A stretch of DNA of 64,000 bases from Bacteriovoracia bacterium (GTDB taxonomy: Bacteria > Bdellovibrionota > UBA1018 > JBFWNL01), in assembly GCA_050251055.1 (NCBI GenBank), contig JBFWNL010000004.1:299240-363239 (forward strand), written 5' to 3'. The number at the start of each line of letters is the position of its first letter. Positions within the stretch are counted from its first letter, which is position 1. The position numbers and the translations under genes were made by a program. The notes under the pieces were generated by a model. That model had not been told where the DNA came from and did no database searches. It worked only from the letters and a program-made list of their open reading frames with translations. Shown one piece after another: positions 13,875 to 24,120 of this stretch.

Positions 13875-14095
13875 TTAAGCGATGCGGAAGTCGGTGAAAA
13901 TTTTCTTATCTTTAGTTATCCAGGTGTAGCGACGGCGGATGGCAAAGTCCAGGGAAATTAGTAAATTCAACCCCTCGTTATCATTTAAAAAAATGGCTGA
14001 TTCTCTGCGTTTTTTTTCACTCAAAATGAGTCTGGATTCTGGAGACAACAACACGTCGCATTAATAGATCTTATCTCTAAAACATATGTGGTGCG

Positions 14096-15349
14096 TTAGT
14101 TAGCGGATTCGGCAGAGGAGATAAATTCGGCCGCCCTGCCGGCGCTGACGCGAAATTTTTTCCCGGAAGTTCCCAACGCGATGGGCTCTCGAGGAGTAAT
14201 CCACTCCACGTCTTCCGTGGTGGTCACGAAAACCTGCAAGCTCGTCTCGAGGAGCATCTCGAGTAGGAAGGTGCGGCGGTCCCGATCGAGCTCCGACGAA
14301 AAGTCATCCAACAGAAGCAGGGGATTCAAGCCGGTGGCCTGCCGGAACATCTGGATTTCGACGAGTTTCAGCGCCAGGAGCACCGATCGAGTCTCTCCCT
14401 GCGATCCGTAACCCTTTAAAGCCTGGCTTCCGATTTGAAAAAGCCAATCATCGCGATGCGGGCCAGCCAGGGTCGTGCCGGCGCGCCACTCGGCGCTTTC
14501 GAGTTTCGTCAGCTCAGCGGCCAATCGATTCCGAATACGTCCCAGAGCGTCTGCGGGGTCCAAATCAGGAAGCTGAACTCGATTTAAGTCGTCGCCCCCC
14601 AATGCCAATCCGTTTTCCTTCGCCAGCCACTTGGAACTGTAGAACGCATCGGTGGAATTCTGGGTGGGCGCGATTCGCTGCAGCACTGGTTTGATGTTCT
14701 CGTTTACGCGCTTGAGCCACTCAAGGCGCTTGAGGGTGATTTCAGAACCGCTCTCAACCAATTCTTGGGTGAATTCTTGAAAAATGGTCCGAACGGAGGT
14801 CTCAGGCGATTTTAAAATCGCATTACGCTGCTCTAATGCCCGTTTATAGCGACGAAGTGCCGTCAGGTAGTCCAGGTCTTCGGATCCGATGACTTGGTCC
14901 AGGTAGGAGCGCCGAATAGAAGGTTCGCCCCGAACCAATTGGTGGTCGGAGGGATTGAAAACGATCGCATGAAACCCTTTGAGAAATGATTCGAAGCGTT
15001 GGCTCACATAAGCGAGCGCACTTCGACAAGGTTTGTCATTGATAAACGCGGACTGCGTGCTTCGCTTCCGAAGGAGATCTTTTCTTTCGAAGACGACCTG
15101 GAAGCGACTTATGGAATCATCCTGGATGATCTCGCAGCCGATCTCGCCCGTCATGGTTTCATTTTGGATCAAGTCATCCACCTTCGCCCCCCGGAAGGAG
15201 CGGAGCGTAGCAAGCAGATGAATCGCCTCAATGATACTGGTCTTGCCTTGGGCGTTCGCCCCGATGAAAAAATTCAACCGCCCATCGGGCTCGATCGTGA
15301 GCTCGGCGATGTTCCGGAAGTTCCGAAAGTAAAGCTTCTGGAGTCTCAC
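14096..15349 (-). CDS. recF: DNA replication and repair protein RecF
   Basis: FRN, GANAQGKTS, GPHRDD, GSQG, LLLDD; follows dnaN. Confidence 0.95.
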   Translation of the reverse strand: MRLQKLYFRNFRNIAELTIEPDGRLNFFIGANAQGKTSIIEAIHLLATLRSFRGAKVDDLIQNETMTGEIGCEIIQDDSISRFQVVFERKDLLRKRSTQSAFINDKPCRSALAYVSQRFESFLKGFHAIVFNPSDHQLVRGEPSIRRSYLDQVIGSEDLDYLTALRRYKRALEQRNAILKSPETSVRTIFQEFTQELVESGSEITLKRLEWLKRVNENIKPVLQRIAPTQNSTDAFYSSKWLAKENGLALGGDDLNRVQLPDLDPADALGRIRNRLAAELTKLESAEWRAGTTLAGPHRDDWLFQIGSQALKGYGSQGETRSVLLALKLVEIQMFRQATGLNPLLLLDDFSSELDRDRRTFLLEMLLETSLQVFVTTTEDVEWITPREPIALGTSGKKFRVSAGRAAEFISSAESAN

Positions 15350-16455
15350 TAGATCCGCATTGGCATGACGATATAAGTGTGGCTTTTTTGCTCGGCGCCT
15401 TGGAACACGCCGGGATTCAGGCGGTCTTTGAATTTAAATTCCACCTTCGAGGATTGCAGCACCGGCAGGCAATCCAGGAGATACTTGGCGTTGAAGCCAA
15501 TTTCCACGGGCTCGCCTTTGTATTCGATATCGAGCTCCTCGCGGGCTTCACCCATGTCCGGATTGCTGGAAGTAATCACCATCATGCCGTTTTCGACGGC
15601 GAACTTGATGCCGCGACTTTTTTCGTGCGCAAGCAAGCTCACGCGGCGGACGGCAGCGGTGAGCGCTTCGCGATCTACGAAAGCAGAACGGTCCACGGCT
15701 TTCGGAATGACTTGCTTGTAATCCGGATACTCGCCTTCGATCAGGCGAACGAAAAGGTAAGTGTCGTTCAAATGGGCGAAGATATAACCGCGATCAAACG
15801 CTAGACCGATGGTTTCACCGCCTTCGTCGAGCATCTTCTTCAGCTCGCCCAAGCCCTTCTTCGGAATAATCATTCCGCGCTTCATCTCCGGAGCTTTCAG
15901 AAAGACTTCTTGGTCGATGAACGAGAGCCGATGCCCGTCCGTGGCCGTCATTCGCATCAAATTATTTTCCAAAGGCTCGAAAAACACGCCGCTCAGATTG
16001 TAACGGGTGGCGTCCGTCGAAACGGCGAAGGAAGTTTTATTCACCATGTCCGAGAGAGTCGCGACCTTGGCTTGAAAATATTCTTTTTCTTCGTAATTCG
16101 GTAAGGCGGGGTATTCGTCGGCCGACAGGCTTACGACGTTGAACTTGGATTTACCGCAAACGAGCTCGATCCAATCGTTATTCTTACGGGAGATCTCCAA
16201 AGGCTTGCTAGGGAGTTCCTTGACGATGTCCAAGAAGTTCTTGGCGGAGAGGGTGATACGACCATCTTGCGAAGCTTGCACGGGGAGAGTGACCTTCACG
16301 CCGACTTCCAGATCGGTCGCTTGCAATTCCAAACGTCCGTCTTTCACATGGCAGAGAATATTGGCCAGGATCTGAACGGTGTTCTTCTTTTCCACGACGG
16401 ATTGAACCTTCTGGAGCGCGTTCAATAACTGATCCCGATCGATGGTAAACTTCAT
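15349..16455 (-). CDS. dnaN: DNA polymerase III beta clamp
   Basis: ATDLE, ATDGHRL, LIEGEYPDY, VMPMRI. Confidence 0.98.
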   Translation of the reverse strand: MKFTIDRDQLLNALQKVQSVVEKKNTVQILANILCHVKDGRLELQATDLEVGVKVTLPVQASQDGRITLSAKNFLDIVKELPSKPLEISRKNNDWIELVCGKSKFNVVSLSADEYPALPNYEEKEYFQAKVATLSDMVNKTSFAVSTDATRYNLSGVFFEPLENNLMRMTATDGHRLSFIDQEVFLKAPEMKRGMIIPKKGLGELKKMLDEGGETIGLAFDRGYIFAHLNDTYLFVRLIEGEYPDYKQVIPKAVDRSAFVDREALTAAVRRVSLLAHEKSRGIKFAVENGMMVITSSNPDMGEAREELDIEYKGEPVEIGFNAKYLLDCLPVLQSSKVEFKFKDRLNPGVFQGAEQKSHTYIVMPMRI

Positions 16456-16510
16456 CTCGAACTTCCCCTTACTGAAATGGAATTTGGTGGTCTAACCCCG
16501 AGCCCTCTTC

Positions 16511-17005
16511 TCATAAGAATATATATATATAAAGATAGTAGTCGTAGTAGAGGACCCGTTTTTGTGGATAACCTAATTAACCCCTGAATACCGCAAGTCA
16601 TTTGGGTTTCAAAACCCCGTTGAAAACCCTGGGGATGGTTTTGATGATTTTGGGGATAAGTTTTAAAAACCGGACTTCCGGCGGTTATCCCCAGATAAAA
16701 TTCAAAATCGCCGGGATAAGTTTTAGTACTCGGAAGTATTTCTCAAATATTTGGCGTTTCTTGCGTGCGCTTTCAGATTTATCCCCCGCTATCCACAAGG
16801 GTTGCCGGTTTTCCACACCGATTTTTTCGGAAGTTTGTGTATAACGAGCTGGGGATAAGTGGGTAAATGAAAATTCTTTTTTCTTTCTATAGGTTATCAA
16901 AATAAGCCCTGTGGATAGTCAGGGGATAACTCTGAATAGTGGATATCTTTTCCAGGTGGAATACAGACTTATCCACGTGGATTACCCAGGTTTATCCACG
17001 TAAAT
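16511..17005. other. oriC: Chromosomal replication origin oriC (dnaA-dnaN intergenic)
   Basis: Consensus DnaA boxes TGTGGATAA 16563-71, TTTTCCACA 16809-17, TGTGTATAA 16836-44. About 9 further boxes with 1-2 mismatches (16651, 16685, 16779, 16789, 16850, 16910, 16921, 16969, 16992). TAG trios 16536-50 and AT tract 16518-33. Confidence 0.93.
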
Positions 17006-17081
17006 TTCTTACCTGATAAAATCAAACCAGCCATCGGATCGGTTGGACGGACAGAATCGGGGTTTTTATGACGCAGACGGT

Positions 17082-18518
17082 TTAGAGTTGGTTTTGCAGG
17101 GCTTCGACGGCGGAACGGATTTCCGTGTCGTTGGAGACGCCTTCTTCGATCTTGTTGCAGGCGTGCAGGATCGTCGTGTGATCCTTGCCGCCGAAGAAGT
17201 TGCCGATCTCCTTGTAGCCCAACCCCGTGTACTTGCGGATGAGGTACATGGCGATTTGACGGGGCATCGCTACCTTCTGCGCGCGGCTCGTGGATTTCAG
17301 ATCCTGCACGCGAATGTGGTAGTGCTTGGCGACCACGTTTTGGATGGTCTCGATCGTGATCTGCGAGCTCTTTTCCGGGATGCTCGCTTTGATCTCTTGC
17401 TTCGCCATTTCGAGCGAGATTTCCGCGCCGGTGAGCGAGGACTGCGCTTGGAGACGGATCAAGATACCCTCGAGCTCGCGCACGTTAGACTTAATGTGCG
17501 TGGCGAGGAAGATCGCCACGTCGTCGGGAAGATAAATATCGTCGCGCTCGGCTTTCGCCTTTAAGATCGCGATCCGCGTTTCGATTTCGGGCGGGTTGAT
17601 GTCCGACACCAAACCCCATTCGAAGCGGGTGCGAATACGTTCCTCGAGCTTCTCGATTTCCTTCGGTGGACGGTCGCTGGTGACGACGATCTGCCGTTTT
17701 GCCCCGTAAAGCGCGTTAAAAGTATGGAAAAACTCTTCTTCCGTCTGCTTCTTGCCGGCGATGAACTGGATATCGTCGATCAAGAGCACGTCGTAGCTGT
17801 CGCGGTACTTCTTCCGGAACTGCGGCATGCGCTGGTGCTGGAGCGAGTCGATCAACTCGTTCACGAAGCTTTCGGCCGAAAGGTAGGCCACCCGGGCCTT
17901 GGGATTATGCGAGGTCACGTGATTGGCGACGGCATGAAGTAAGTGAGTTTTTCCGAGGCCTGGCGGGCTGTAGATGAAAAGCGGGTTGTATTGCGCGCCC
18001 GGTTTTTCGGCGACGGCCACGGCCGAAGCGTGGGCGAACTGGTTGCTGTTCCCGATCACGAAATTTTCGAACGTATAGCGGGCATCAATCGGTAAGTGCT
18101 CAAAAGCCCGGCGGTCTTCCGCGTGCAAAACCACGCCGCGGGCGATCTCGGGCGTGGATTCCAGAGGAGAGGACGTCGGCGGCTGGCTGTACGCGACCGC
18201 GGGCGGGAGATCTGTATTCAGATCGGAGCGCACCTTCGGTCCGGCCGTCAATTCCAGGCGGCAAGGCTTGCCCGTGACCTGCACGAGCGCCGACTCGATG
18301 AGGTTGCGGTAGTTGTCGCGCACCCAACCCACCGTGAAATCATTCGCGGCGGAAAGGTGGAAGACGATCTCGGTGAGGTTTTCCTCGGTCTTTTGGAATT
18401 CAAGCGGTTGGATCCAAGCCTTGAGTTGGCTTTCGACCGCGTTTTGCTCCATGATCCGATAGGCTGCCTGCCAGACTTCGGGCCATTTCGATGAATCTTG
18501 TTCCAGTGAAGTTCTCAT
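17082..18518 (-). CDS. dnaA: Chromosomal replication initiator DnaA
   Basis: YTFENFV, YNPLFIY, GLGKTHL, LLIDDIQF, NVRELEG, GGKDHTT. Confidence 0.98.
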   Translation of the reverse strand: MRTSLEQDSSKWPEVWQAAYRIMEQNAVESQLKAWIQPLEFQKTEENLTEIVFHLSAANDFTVGWVRDNYRNLIESALVQVTGKPCRLELTAGPKVRSDLNTDLPPAVAYSQPPTSSPLESTPEIARGVVLHAEDRRAFEHLPIDARYTFENFVIGNSNQFAHASAVAVAEKPGAQYNPLFIYSPPGLGKTHLLHAVANHVTSHNPKARVAYLSAESFVNELIDSLQHQRMPQFRKKYRDSYDVLLIDDIQFIAGKKQTEEEFFHTFNALYGAKRQIVVTSDRPPKEIEKLEERIRTRFEWGLVSDINPPEIETRIAILKAKAERDDIYLPDDVAIFLATHIKSNVRELEGILIRLQAQSSLTGAEISLEMAKQEIKASIPEKSSQITIETIQNVVAKHYHIRVQDLKSTSRAQKVAMPRQIAMYLIRKYTGLGYKEIGNFFGGKDHTTILHACNKIEEGVSNDTEIRSAVEALQNQL

Positions 18519-18573
18519 ACCGCTTGAAGGTGTAGGGGCGTAGCATGGGTTATTTGGCCTGGCAATGGGGTGC

Positions 18574-18602
18574 TTGACTTTCCCGGCCTAGTCCGATAAT
18601 TC
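18574..18602 (+). promoter_or_regulatory. Candidate sigma70 promoter for rpmH
   Basis: TTGACT followed by GATAAT (15 bp spacer) or TAATTC (17 bp spacer). Confidence 0.5.
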
Positions 18603-18638
18603 GAACATCTAGATTTTCTTTAGGATTTAGGTGCCATC

Positions 18639-18788
18639 ATGAAAAGAACATTTCAACCCAGCAGAACGAAGCGTCGCCGTACCCACGGGTTCCGTGCGCG
18701 CATGAAGACGAAGAACGGCCAGAAGGTTTTGAGCCGCCGTCGCGCCCGCGGCCGCAAGCGCTTGACCGCCAAGCGCGCCGCTAAGTAA
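18639..18788 (+). CDS. rpmH: 50S ribosomal protein L34 (absent from the ORF track, 49 aa)
   Basis: Hand translation [49 protein letters not shown]. Confidence 0.97.
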   Translation: MKRTFQPSRTKRRRTHGFRARMKTKNGQKVLSRRRARGRKRLTAKRAAK

Positions 18789-18806
18789 TTTCGTTCACCC
18801 GATTAC

Positions 18807-19160
18807 GTGATTTCCGGTTTTGGTACCCAGCGAAAGCTGCGGTTTCGCTGGCAGTTTCGGCGATTCTTCGGAGAGCGAGAAGTTTTTCGCCTCCAGGAGT
18901 GCGTGGTCTTCAGAATTCCCAATAATTTGAATGGCTACCGCCTCGGCATGACTTTCAAGGCCCGGGCTTCTTCCGTAGACCGCAATAAAGTGCGTCGGCA
19001 GGTCCGCGAAACTTTCCGGCAGCTGGAACCATTTCTAGGAAGTTTTGACTATAATGTGGTAATTCCCCAGCAGAAATCCATTAGTTACGTTTACGCTCTC
19101 CGCTTGAGGGACAACCTGAAACATGAGTTCAAATCGGCGCTCCGCAAGTCGCATCCGTAG
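18807..19160 (+). CDS. rnpA: Ribonuclease P protein component
   Basis: RLGMTF, SVDRNKVRRQVRE (RNR-like motif); follows rpmH. Confidence 0.88.
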   Translation: MISGFGTQRKLRFRWQFRRFFGEREVFRLQECVVFRIPNNLNGYRLGMTFKARASSVDRNKVRRQVRETFRQLEPFLGSFDYNVVIPQQKSISYVYALRLRDNLKHEFKSALRKSHP

Positions 19161-19455
19161 CCAGGCCCAAGGTAAAAAGTCCGGGAAGTCGGGCCGCGCC
19201 CAGTCGCGCCAGCGGGCGCGTACGTCGCGGCCAAAACTCCTCGGGGAGCTGGGGGCGATCCTGGTTATCGCCTATCAAAGTGGGATTTCACCCCTGATCC
19301 ATATGCTGGCGGGCCCCGGTTTCGGGTGCCGCTTTCAACCCACGTGCAGTGAGTACGCGAAGTCGGCCCTGCGCGAGCATGGGTTAATTCACGGGAGCTG
19401 GCTGGCCGTGCGCCGGATTTCCAAGTGCCAACCCTTTTATCGCGAGGCCGCTTAA
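19123..19455 (+). CDS. yidD: Membrane protein insertion efficiency factor (start uncertain)
   Basis: YQSGISP, CRFQPTCSEYA, RRISKCQPF. Confidence 0.9.
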   Translation: MSSNRRSASRIRSQAQGKKSGKSGRAQSRQRARTSRPKLLGELGAILVIAYQSGISPLIHMLAGPGFGCRFQPTCSEYAKSALREHGLIHGSWLAVRRISKCQPFYREAA

Positions 19456-21045
19456 ATGGACCGTAGAACCATCGTTGCTCTGACTCTCTGCCTGTTGATT
19501 TTCGTCGGTTGGCAGGAACTTTACCTGAAAAAACAGGTGGCCCCGGTGCCTCCGCCCGCTCCCGCGGCGAATACGGCTTCGACCGCTCCGCCGCCGGTAG
19601 CTACTGGCGCGGAGGCCGCCGCCCGGTTGGCCCCCGCCATCGAACCCGCAAAGAATCTGCCGGAAACGAACGAGGCGGTGTCCATGCATACCGGGGAAGC
19701 GTTCATCTCCTCCCGGAATGCGGTGCTCTCCAATTGGAGCATGAAGGACTATCAGATGAGTCAGGCCGCGGATGCGCGCCACGTCGATCTGCACACCCTG
19801 ACGTTCGAGAGTGAAAATATCCGCCTGGGGTTTGATTCGCCGGAGCTGGCCTATCTGAACCAAGTGAACGGACGCCTTACGCGCGAAAACGGCGCGTTGA
19901 TTTGGCTCTACGAAGACGCGAACGTGCGGATTCAACGCGACGTGAAGCACGCCGCGGATGCGGTGGCGCTCGATCTCACCTGGAATATCCAATTCAAAAA
20001 AACCCCGGCGAAGGTCGCGTTCGTATCGATGCTGGGCCAGGCGCCCAAGGATGATCCGGAAGCGCATGATCGTAAGATCGGGTACTTCCGCAAGGAGCTC
20101 CACAAACACGCGCTCAATAGCTTGCCCGAGAAGACGGAGGCGGTGGAAGCGCCCGTGAAGTGGGTCGCCCTGATGAACCGTTATTTCACGTTGGCGATGG
20201 TGAATCAAAGCGCGCAACCTCCCGCCGCGGTTATTCAGCCGCTGGGTGTGCACCAAGTGATCGGCAGCTTGGCTTATCCAATTACCGGCAATTCGCTGAT
20301 CATCCCCTTGAAGGTTTACTTCGGCCCGAAGCACCTGGATCTGTTGCGCGCGGTTGACGTCTCGCTCGATACCGCCGTGGATTTCGGCTGGTTCACGATC
20401 ATCGCGTATCCGTTGCTCTGGCTCCTGAAGTGGTTTTACGGATTTTTCCATAATTACGGCGTCGCCATTATCTGCCTGACGCTGGTGGTCCGCTTGATCA
20501 CGTTCCCGCTCAACTACAAGAGCATGGTGAACATGAAGAAAATGGCGGTTTTGCAGCCACAAATCCAGGCCATGCGGGAAAAATATAAAGACGACCCCCA
20601 AGCGATGAACAAGGAAATGCTCACGTTCATGCGCACGCAGGGCTACAACCCCGTGGCGGGCTGTTTGCCGATCCTGGTGCAGATGCCGATTTTCTTCGCG
20701 CTTTACCAGGTGCTCTACAGCGCGGTCGAGCTCTACCAGGCGCCGTTCGCGCTGTGGATTCACGATCTTTCGCTCAAGGATCCGTACTACGTGACGCCGA
20801 TTTTGGTGACGGCGGTGTTTTATTTCCAGCAGAAGTTGACGCCGAATACGGTTACCGATCCCGCGCAGCAGAAGATGCTGCAGTTCATGCCGATCATTTT
20901 CGGCGTTTTCATGGCCAACACCCCGTCGGGTCTCGGGGTGTATTTCTTTGTGAACGCATTATCCGGGATCATCCAGCAGCAGCTGTTGAACAAGAAACTA
21001 GGCCCCTCCACGCAGGTGCCTACCGTTGTCGCCCGCGCCCGTTAA
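19456..21045 (+). CDS. yidC: Membrane protein insertase YidC
   Basis: DFGWF, NYGVAII, GCLPILVQMPIFFALY, WIHDLS. Confidence 0.97.
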   Translation: MDRRTIVALTLCLLIFVGWQELYLKKQVAPVPPPAPAANTASTAPPPVATGAEAAARLAPAIEPAKNLPETNEAVSMHTGEAFISSRNAVLSNWSMKDYQMSQAADARHVDLHTLTFESENIRLGFDSPELAYLNQVNGRLTRENGALIWLYEDANVRIQRDVKHAADAVALDLTWNIQFKKTPAKVAFVSMLGQAPKDDPEAHDRKIGYFRKELHKHALNSLPEKTEAVEAPVKWVALMNRYFTLAMVNQSAQPPAAVIQPLGVHQVIGSLAYPITGNSLIIPLKVYFGPKHLDLLRAVDVSLDTAVDFGWFTIIAYPLLWLLKWFYGFFHNYGVAIICLTLVVRLITFPLNYKSMVNMKKMAVLQPQIQAMREKYKDDPQAMNKEMLTFMRTQGYNPVAGCLPILVQMPIFFALYQVLYSAVELYQAPFALWIHDLSLKDPYYVTPILVTAVFYFQQKLTPNTVTDPAQQKMLQFMPIIFGVFMANTPSGLGVYFFVNALSGIIQQQLLNKKLGPSTQVPTVVARAR

Positions 21046-22459
21046 ACCTCGCGATCAGTCCGGGTACCTGTCGGAAGATACCATTGCCGCGCTGTCGAGC
21101 GCGATCGGCGGCGCGATCGCCATCGTGCGCATGAGCGGCCGCGAGTCCCGGCGAATTTTGGGCGAACTCTTGGTTAGCCCCGGCGGGTCCGGGGCGATGG
21201 CGGACGGCTTTCACTTTGGCGAAGCCGCGAAACTCCAACGCGTGGCGATTCCCGGTATCGATGACGCCATGGTGGCCTGGTTTGAGAATCCCCGCAGCTA
21301 CACCGGCGAAGATTTGGCCGAGTTTCACCTTCACGGCAGCGCATTCATCGCGGGCAAACTGCTCGCGCGGCTTTTTGAGTTGGGCGCGCGCCAGGCGCTG
21401 CCGGGGGAATTCAGTTTTCGCGCGGTGAAGAACGGAAAAATGTCGTTCGTGCAGGCGCAAGGCGTGGCGGATCTTATCTCCGCGGCGAACGACCCGGCTT
21501 TAGGATTGGCGCTTGAAAAATCCGGCGGGGGTCAGAACGCTTTTTACGAGGAGCTGGGGAAGGAGCTCCGTGAACTCGCGGCGCTCTCCGAGCTGGGCAT
21601 CGATTTTTCCGATCAGGACGTCGACGAGGTCGCGCTACCGCGGCTGAAAGCAAAGGTGAAGGGACTTACGGAGAAGCTCGTGCGGCTGCGCGAGACGTAT
21701 CGCCGCGGTAACTGGATCCAGGAGGGGATCGGCGTCGCTTTGGTGGGCCGCCCGAACGCCGGCAAGTCGAGCTTCTTCAACGCGCTTTTGGGCGAGGATC
21801 GCTCAATCGTCGCGGAAACCGCAGGGACGACCCGCGACCTCGTGCGCGAGAAAATCACCTTGCGCTCCGGCGGACGGAGCGCGAGCTTCCGCCTCGTGGA
21901 CACCGCGGGCTTGCGTCGGTCCGAAGACCGGGTCGAAAGCGAAGGAATCCGCCGGACGGTTCAAGCGGCTAAACAGGCCGACCTGAACGTGGTTTTGGTG
22001 GATGGCACCTGCGATGTTACGGAGGAATTAACTCAGGTTTCAGACCTGGTGAGCTTGGATGCCACCCAGTGCGTGGGAATCCTCACTAAAGCGGATCTGT
22101 TATCCACCGAGGATCGCGATCGGCGGCTGGAGATCGCACGCAGGAGTCCGATATCTCAGTGGTTCTTCACATCGGCGGTGACCCAGGAGGGGATTGCGGA
22201 AGCCGCGTCGGGCTTGGTGGATTTCTGCGCAAGTTGGATTACACGGAAGGCGGGGGAAGTGATCCTGACTCGCCTGGATCACCTTCAGGCCACCCAAGCG
22301 ACCTTAGATATCCTTATAAACGCGTTGGAGGCCCGGGAAGTGGAACTCTTTGCGGCCGATCTACGGCATGGCTTGGCGGCCTTTTCGCCAGTGATCGGGC
22401 AGACGTTGCCAGACGATATTTTGGGGCAAATTTTCTCGGAATTTTGTATTGGAAAGTAA
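21026..22459 (+). CDS. mnmE: tRNA modification GTPase MnmE (start uncertain)
   Basis: DTIAALSS, SYTGED, GRPNAGKSS, GTTRD, DTAG, C-terminal FCIGK. Confidence 0.96.
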   Translation: MSPAPVKPRDQSGYLSEDTIAALSSAIGGAIAIVRMSGRESRRILGELLVSPGGSGAMADGFHFGEAAKLQRVAIPGIDDAMVAWFENPRSYTGEDLAEFHLHGSAFIAGKLLARLFELGARQALPGEFSFRAVKNGKMSFVQAQGVADLISAANDPALGLALEKSGGGQNAFYEELGKELRELAALSELGIDFSDQDVDEVALPRLKAKVKGLTEKLVRLRETYRRGNWIQEGIGVALVGRPNAGKSSFFNALLGEDRSIVAETAGTTRDLVREKITLRSGGRSASFRLVDTAGLRRSEDRVESEGIRRTVQAAKQADLNVVLVDGTCDVTEELTQVSDLVSLDATQCVGILTKADLLSTEDRDRRLEIARRSPISQWFFTSAVTQEGIAEAASGLVDFCASWITRKAGEVILTRLDHLQATQATLDILINALEAREVELFAADLRHGLAAFSPVIGQTLPDDILGQIFSEFCIGK

Positions 22460-22474
22460 AAGGAAATCACCACG

Positions 22475-23329
22475 ATGGCAGTTCAAAAGATCGGCGTCTT
22501 AGGCGCGGGACAAATGGGTAGCGGGATCGCACAAACCGCCGCGCAATCCGGATACGAAGTGTATCTGGCCGACGTGAATCTCGACTCGGCGACGGCCGCG
22601 AAGAAGAAAATTGAAACCCAACTGAAAAAGTTGGTCGAAAAGCAAAAGATCACCGACGCGGTCATGAACTCGACGCTTGCGAACATCCATCCCGTGAGCG
22701 GGTTAAAGGATTTCGGGCAAGTTGATCTCGTCGTCGAAGCGGTGACGGAAAATCCGGCGTTGAAGTTCGACTTCTTCAAGAAGCTCGACGAAGTGTGTAA
22801 GCCCGGCGCGATCTTGGCGTCGAACACGTCCTCGATTAGCATCACCGAGATCGCTGCCCAAACGCGCCGCCCGGAAAAGGTCGCGGGCATGCACTTCATG
22901 AACCCGGTGCCGGTGATGAAGCTCGTCGAGGGGATCCGTGGCCTCCAAACCTCGGCCGATACTTTTTCGACCGTGCGTCAGGTTGCGGAAAAAATGGGTA
23001 AGACGTTCGTGGAAGCGAACGATGCCCCTGGTTTCGCCGTCAACCGGATCCTCATGCCAATGATTAACGAGGCGGTCACCGCTTTGCACGAAGGGGTTGC
23101 CTCGGCCAAGGACATCGACGTGGCGATGAAGCTCGGTACGAACCAACCCATGGGGCCCCTGGAGCTCGCGGACTTTATTGGCTTGGACACCTGCTTGGCG
23201 ATCATGGAAGTCTTGCATCGGGGCCTGGGCGATTCGAAATATCGCCCGTCGCCGCTGCTGCGCAAATACGTGGCCGCCGGTTGGTTGGGCCGCAAGACGA
23301 AGCGAGGGTTCTTCACTTATGACGTATAA
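22475..23329 (+). CDS. hbd: 3-hydroxybutyryl-CoA dehydrogenase
   Basis: GAGQMGSG, ASNTSS, GMHFMNP, PMGPLELAD. Confidence 0.92.
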   Translation: MAVQKIGVLGAGQMGSGIAQTAAQSGYEVYLADVNLDSATAAKKKIETQLKKLVEKQKITDAVMNSTLANIHPVSGLKDFGQVDLVVEAVTENPALKFDFFKKLDEVCKPGAILASNTSSISITEIAAQTRRPEKVAGMHFMNPVPVMKLVEGIRGLQTSADTFSTVRQVAEKMGKTFVEANDAPGFAVNRILMPMINEAVTALHEGVASAKDIDVAMKLGTNQPMGPLELADFIGLDTCLAIMEVLHRGLGDSKYRPSPLLRKYVAAGWLGRKTKRGFFTYDV

Positions 23330-24110
23330 GAATTTATTGCTTGAAACGCCGAGCCCCGGCGTGCAGGTCGTGAAGATCAACCGTCCGGGCGCCCTGAACG
23401 CGCTGAACACGGAAACTTTGCAGGAATTGCGCGATGCCTTGCGCGCGATCGAGCGGGATCGCGCGGTGCACGTGTTGGTGCTCACGGGCGAAGGCGAGAA
23501 ATCGTTCATCGCGGGTGCCGATATCGTGGAGATGAAGGATAAGCGCCCCGCCGACGGCGTGGGCTTTGCGAAGCTGGGCCATGAAGTGACGAAGTACCTG
23601 GAGCTGATGCCGAAGCCGACGATCGCGGTGGTGAACGGTTTTGCGCTGGGCGGTGGCTGCGAGATGGCGATCGCGTGCGATTTTATCTTAGCTTCCGATA
23701 ACGCGCTTTTTGGGCAGCCGGAAGTGGGCCTGGGGATTATTCCGGGCTTCGGCGCGACCGTGCGTCTGGCGAAGTTCGTGGGCTGGCCGATGGCTAAGGA
23801 GCTGATCTTCAGCGGTCGCCGTTTCAAAGCGGACGAAGCCCAGCGTATCGGCTTGGTGAACCATGTTTATCCGCAAAAAGAGTTGATGACGGAAGCGCTG
23901 AAGCTCGCACAACAGATTTGCGCGAACTCGGGCGCGGCGATCGCCCATTCGAAGAAGCTCATGAACGAGTTTTCTGAATCCACGGGGCTGAATTACAAGC
24001 TCGACGCCGAGGCCCAAGAGTTCGGCGGTTTGTTCGGTTCGCCCGATCAACGCGAAGGCATGGGCGCCTTCGTAGAGAAACGCAAGGCAAAGTTCCAAGA
24101 GCTGCTTTAG
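23319..24110 (+). CDS. crt: Enoyl-CoA hydratase (crotonase)
   Basis: NRPGALNALN, FIAGADI, ALGGGCE, FGQPEV (both catalytic Glu present). Confidence 0.9.
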   Translation: MTYKNLLLETPSPGVQVVKINRPGALNALNTETLQELRDALRAIERDRAVHVLVLTGEGEKSFIAGADIVEMKDKRPADGVGFAKLGHEVTKYLELMPKPTIAVVNGFALGGGCEMAIACDFILASDNALFGQPEVGLGIIPGFGATVRLAKFVGWPMAKELIFSGRRFKADEAQRIGLVNHVYPQKELMTEALKLAQQICANSGAAIAHSKKLMNEFSESTGLNYKLDAEAQEFGGLFGSPDQREGMGAFVEKRKAKFQELL

Positions 24111-24120
24111 GAGAAGGATC

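Noticed and set aside
16971-16982. ATCCACGTGGAT as a third parS
   Set aside because: Lacks the TGTT/AACA flanks; better explained as overlapping inverted DnaA boxes.
16511-17005. CRISPR-like or tandem repeat array
   Set aside because: Repeats are 9-mers in both orientations with irregular spacing, which fits DnaA boxes; no cas genes.
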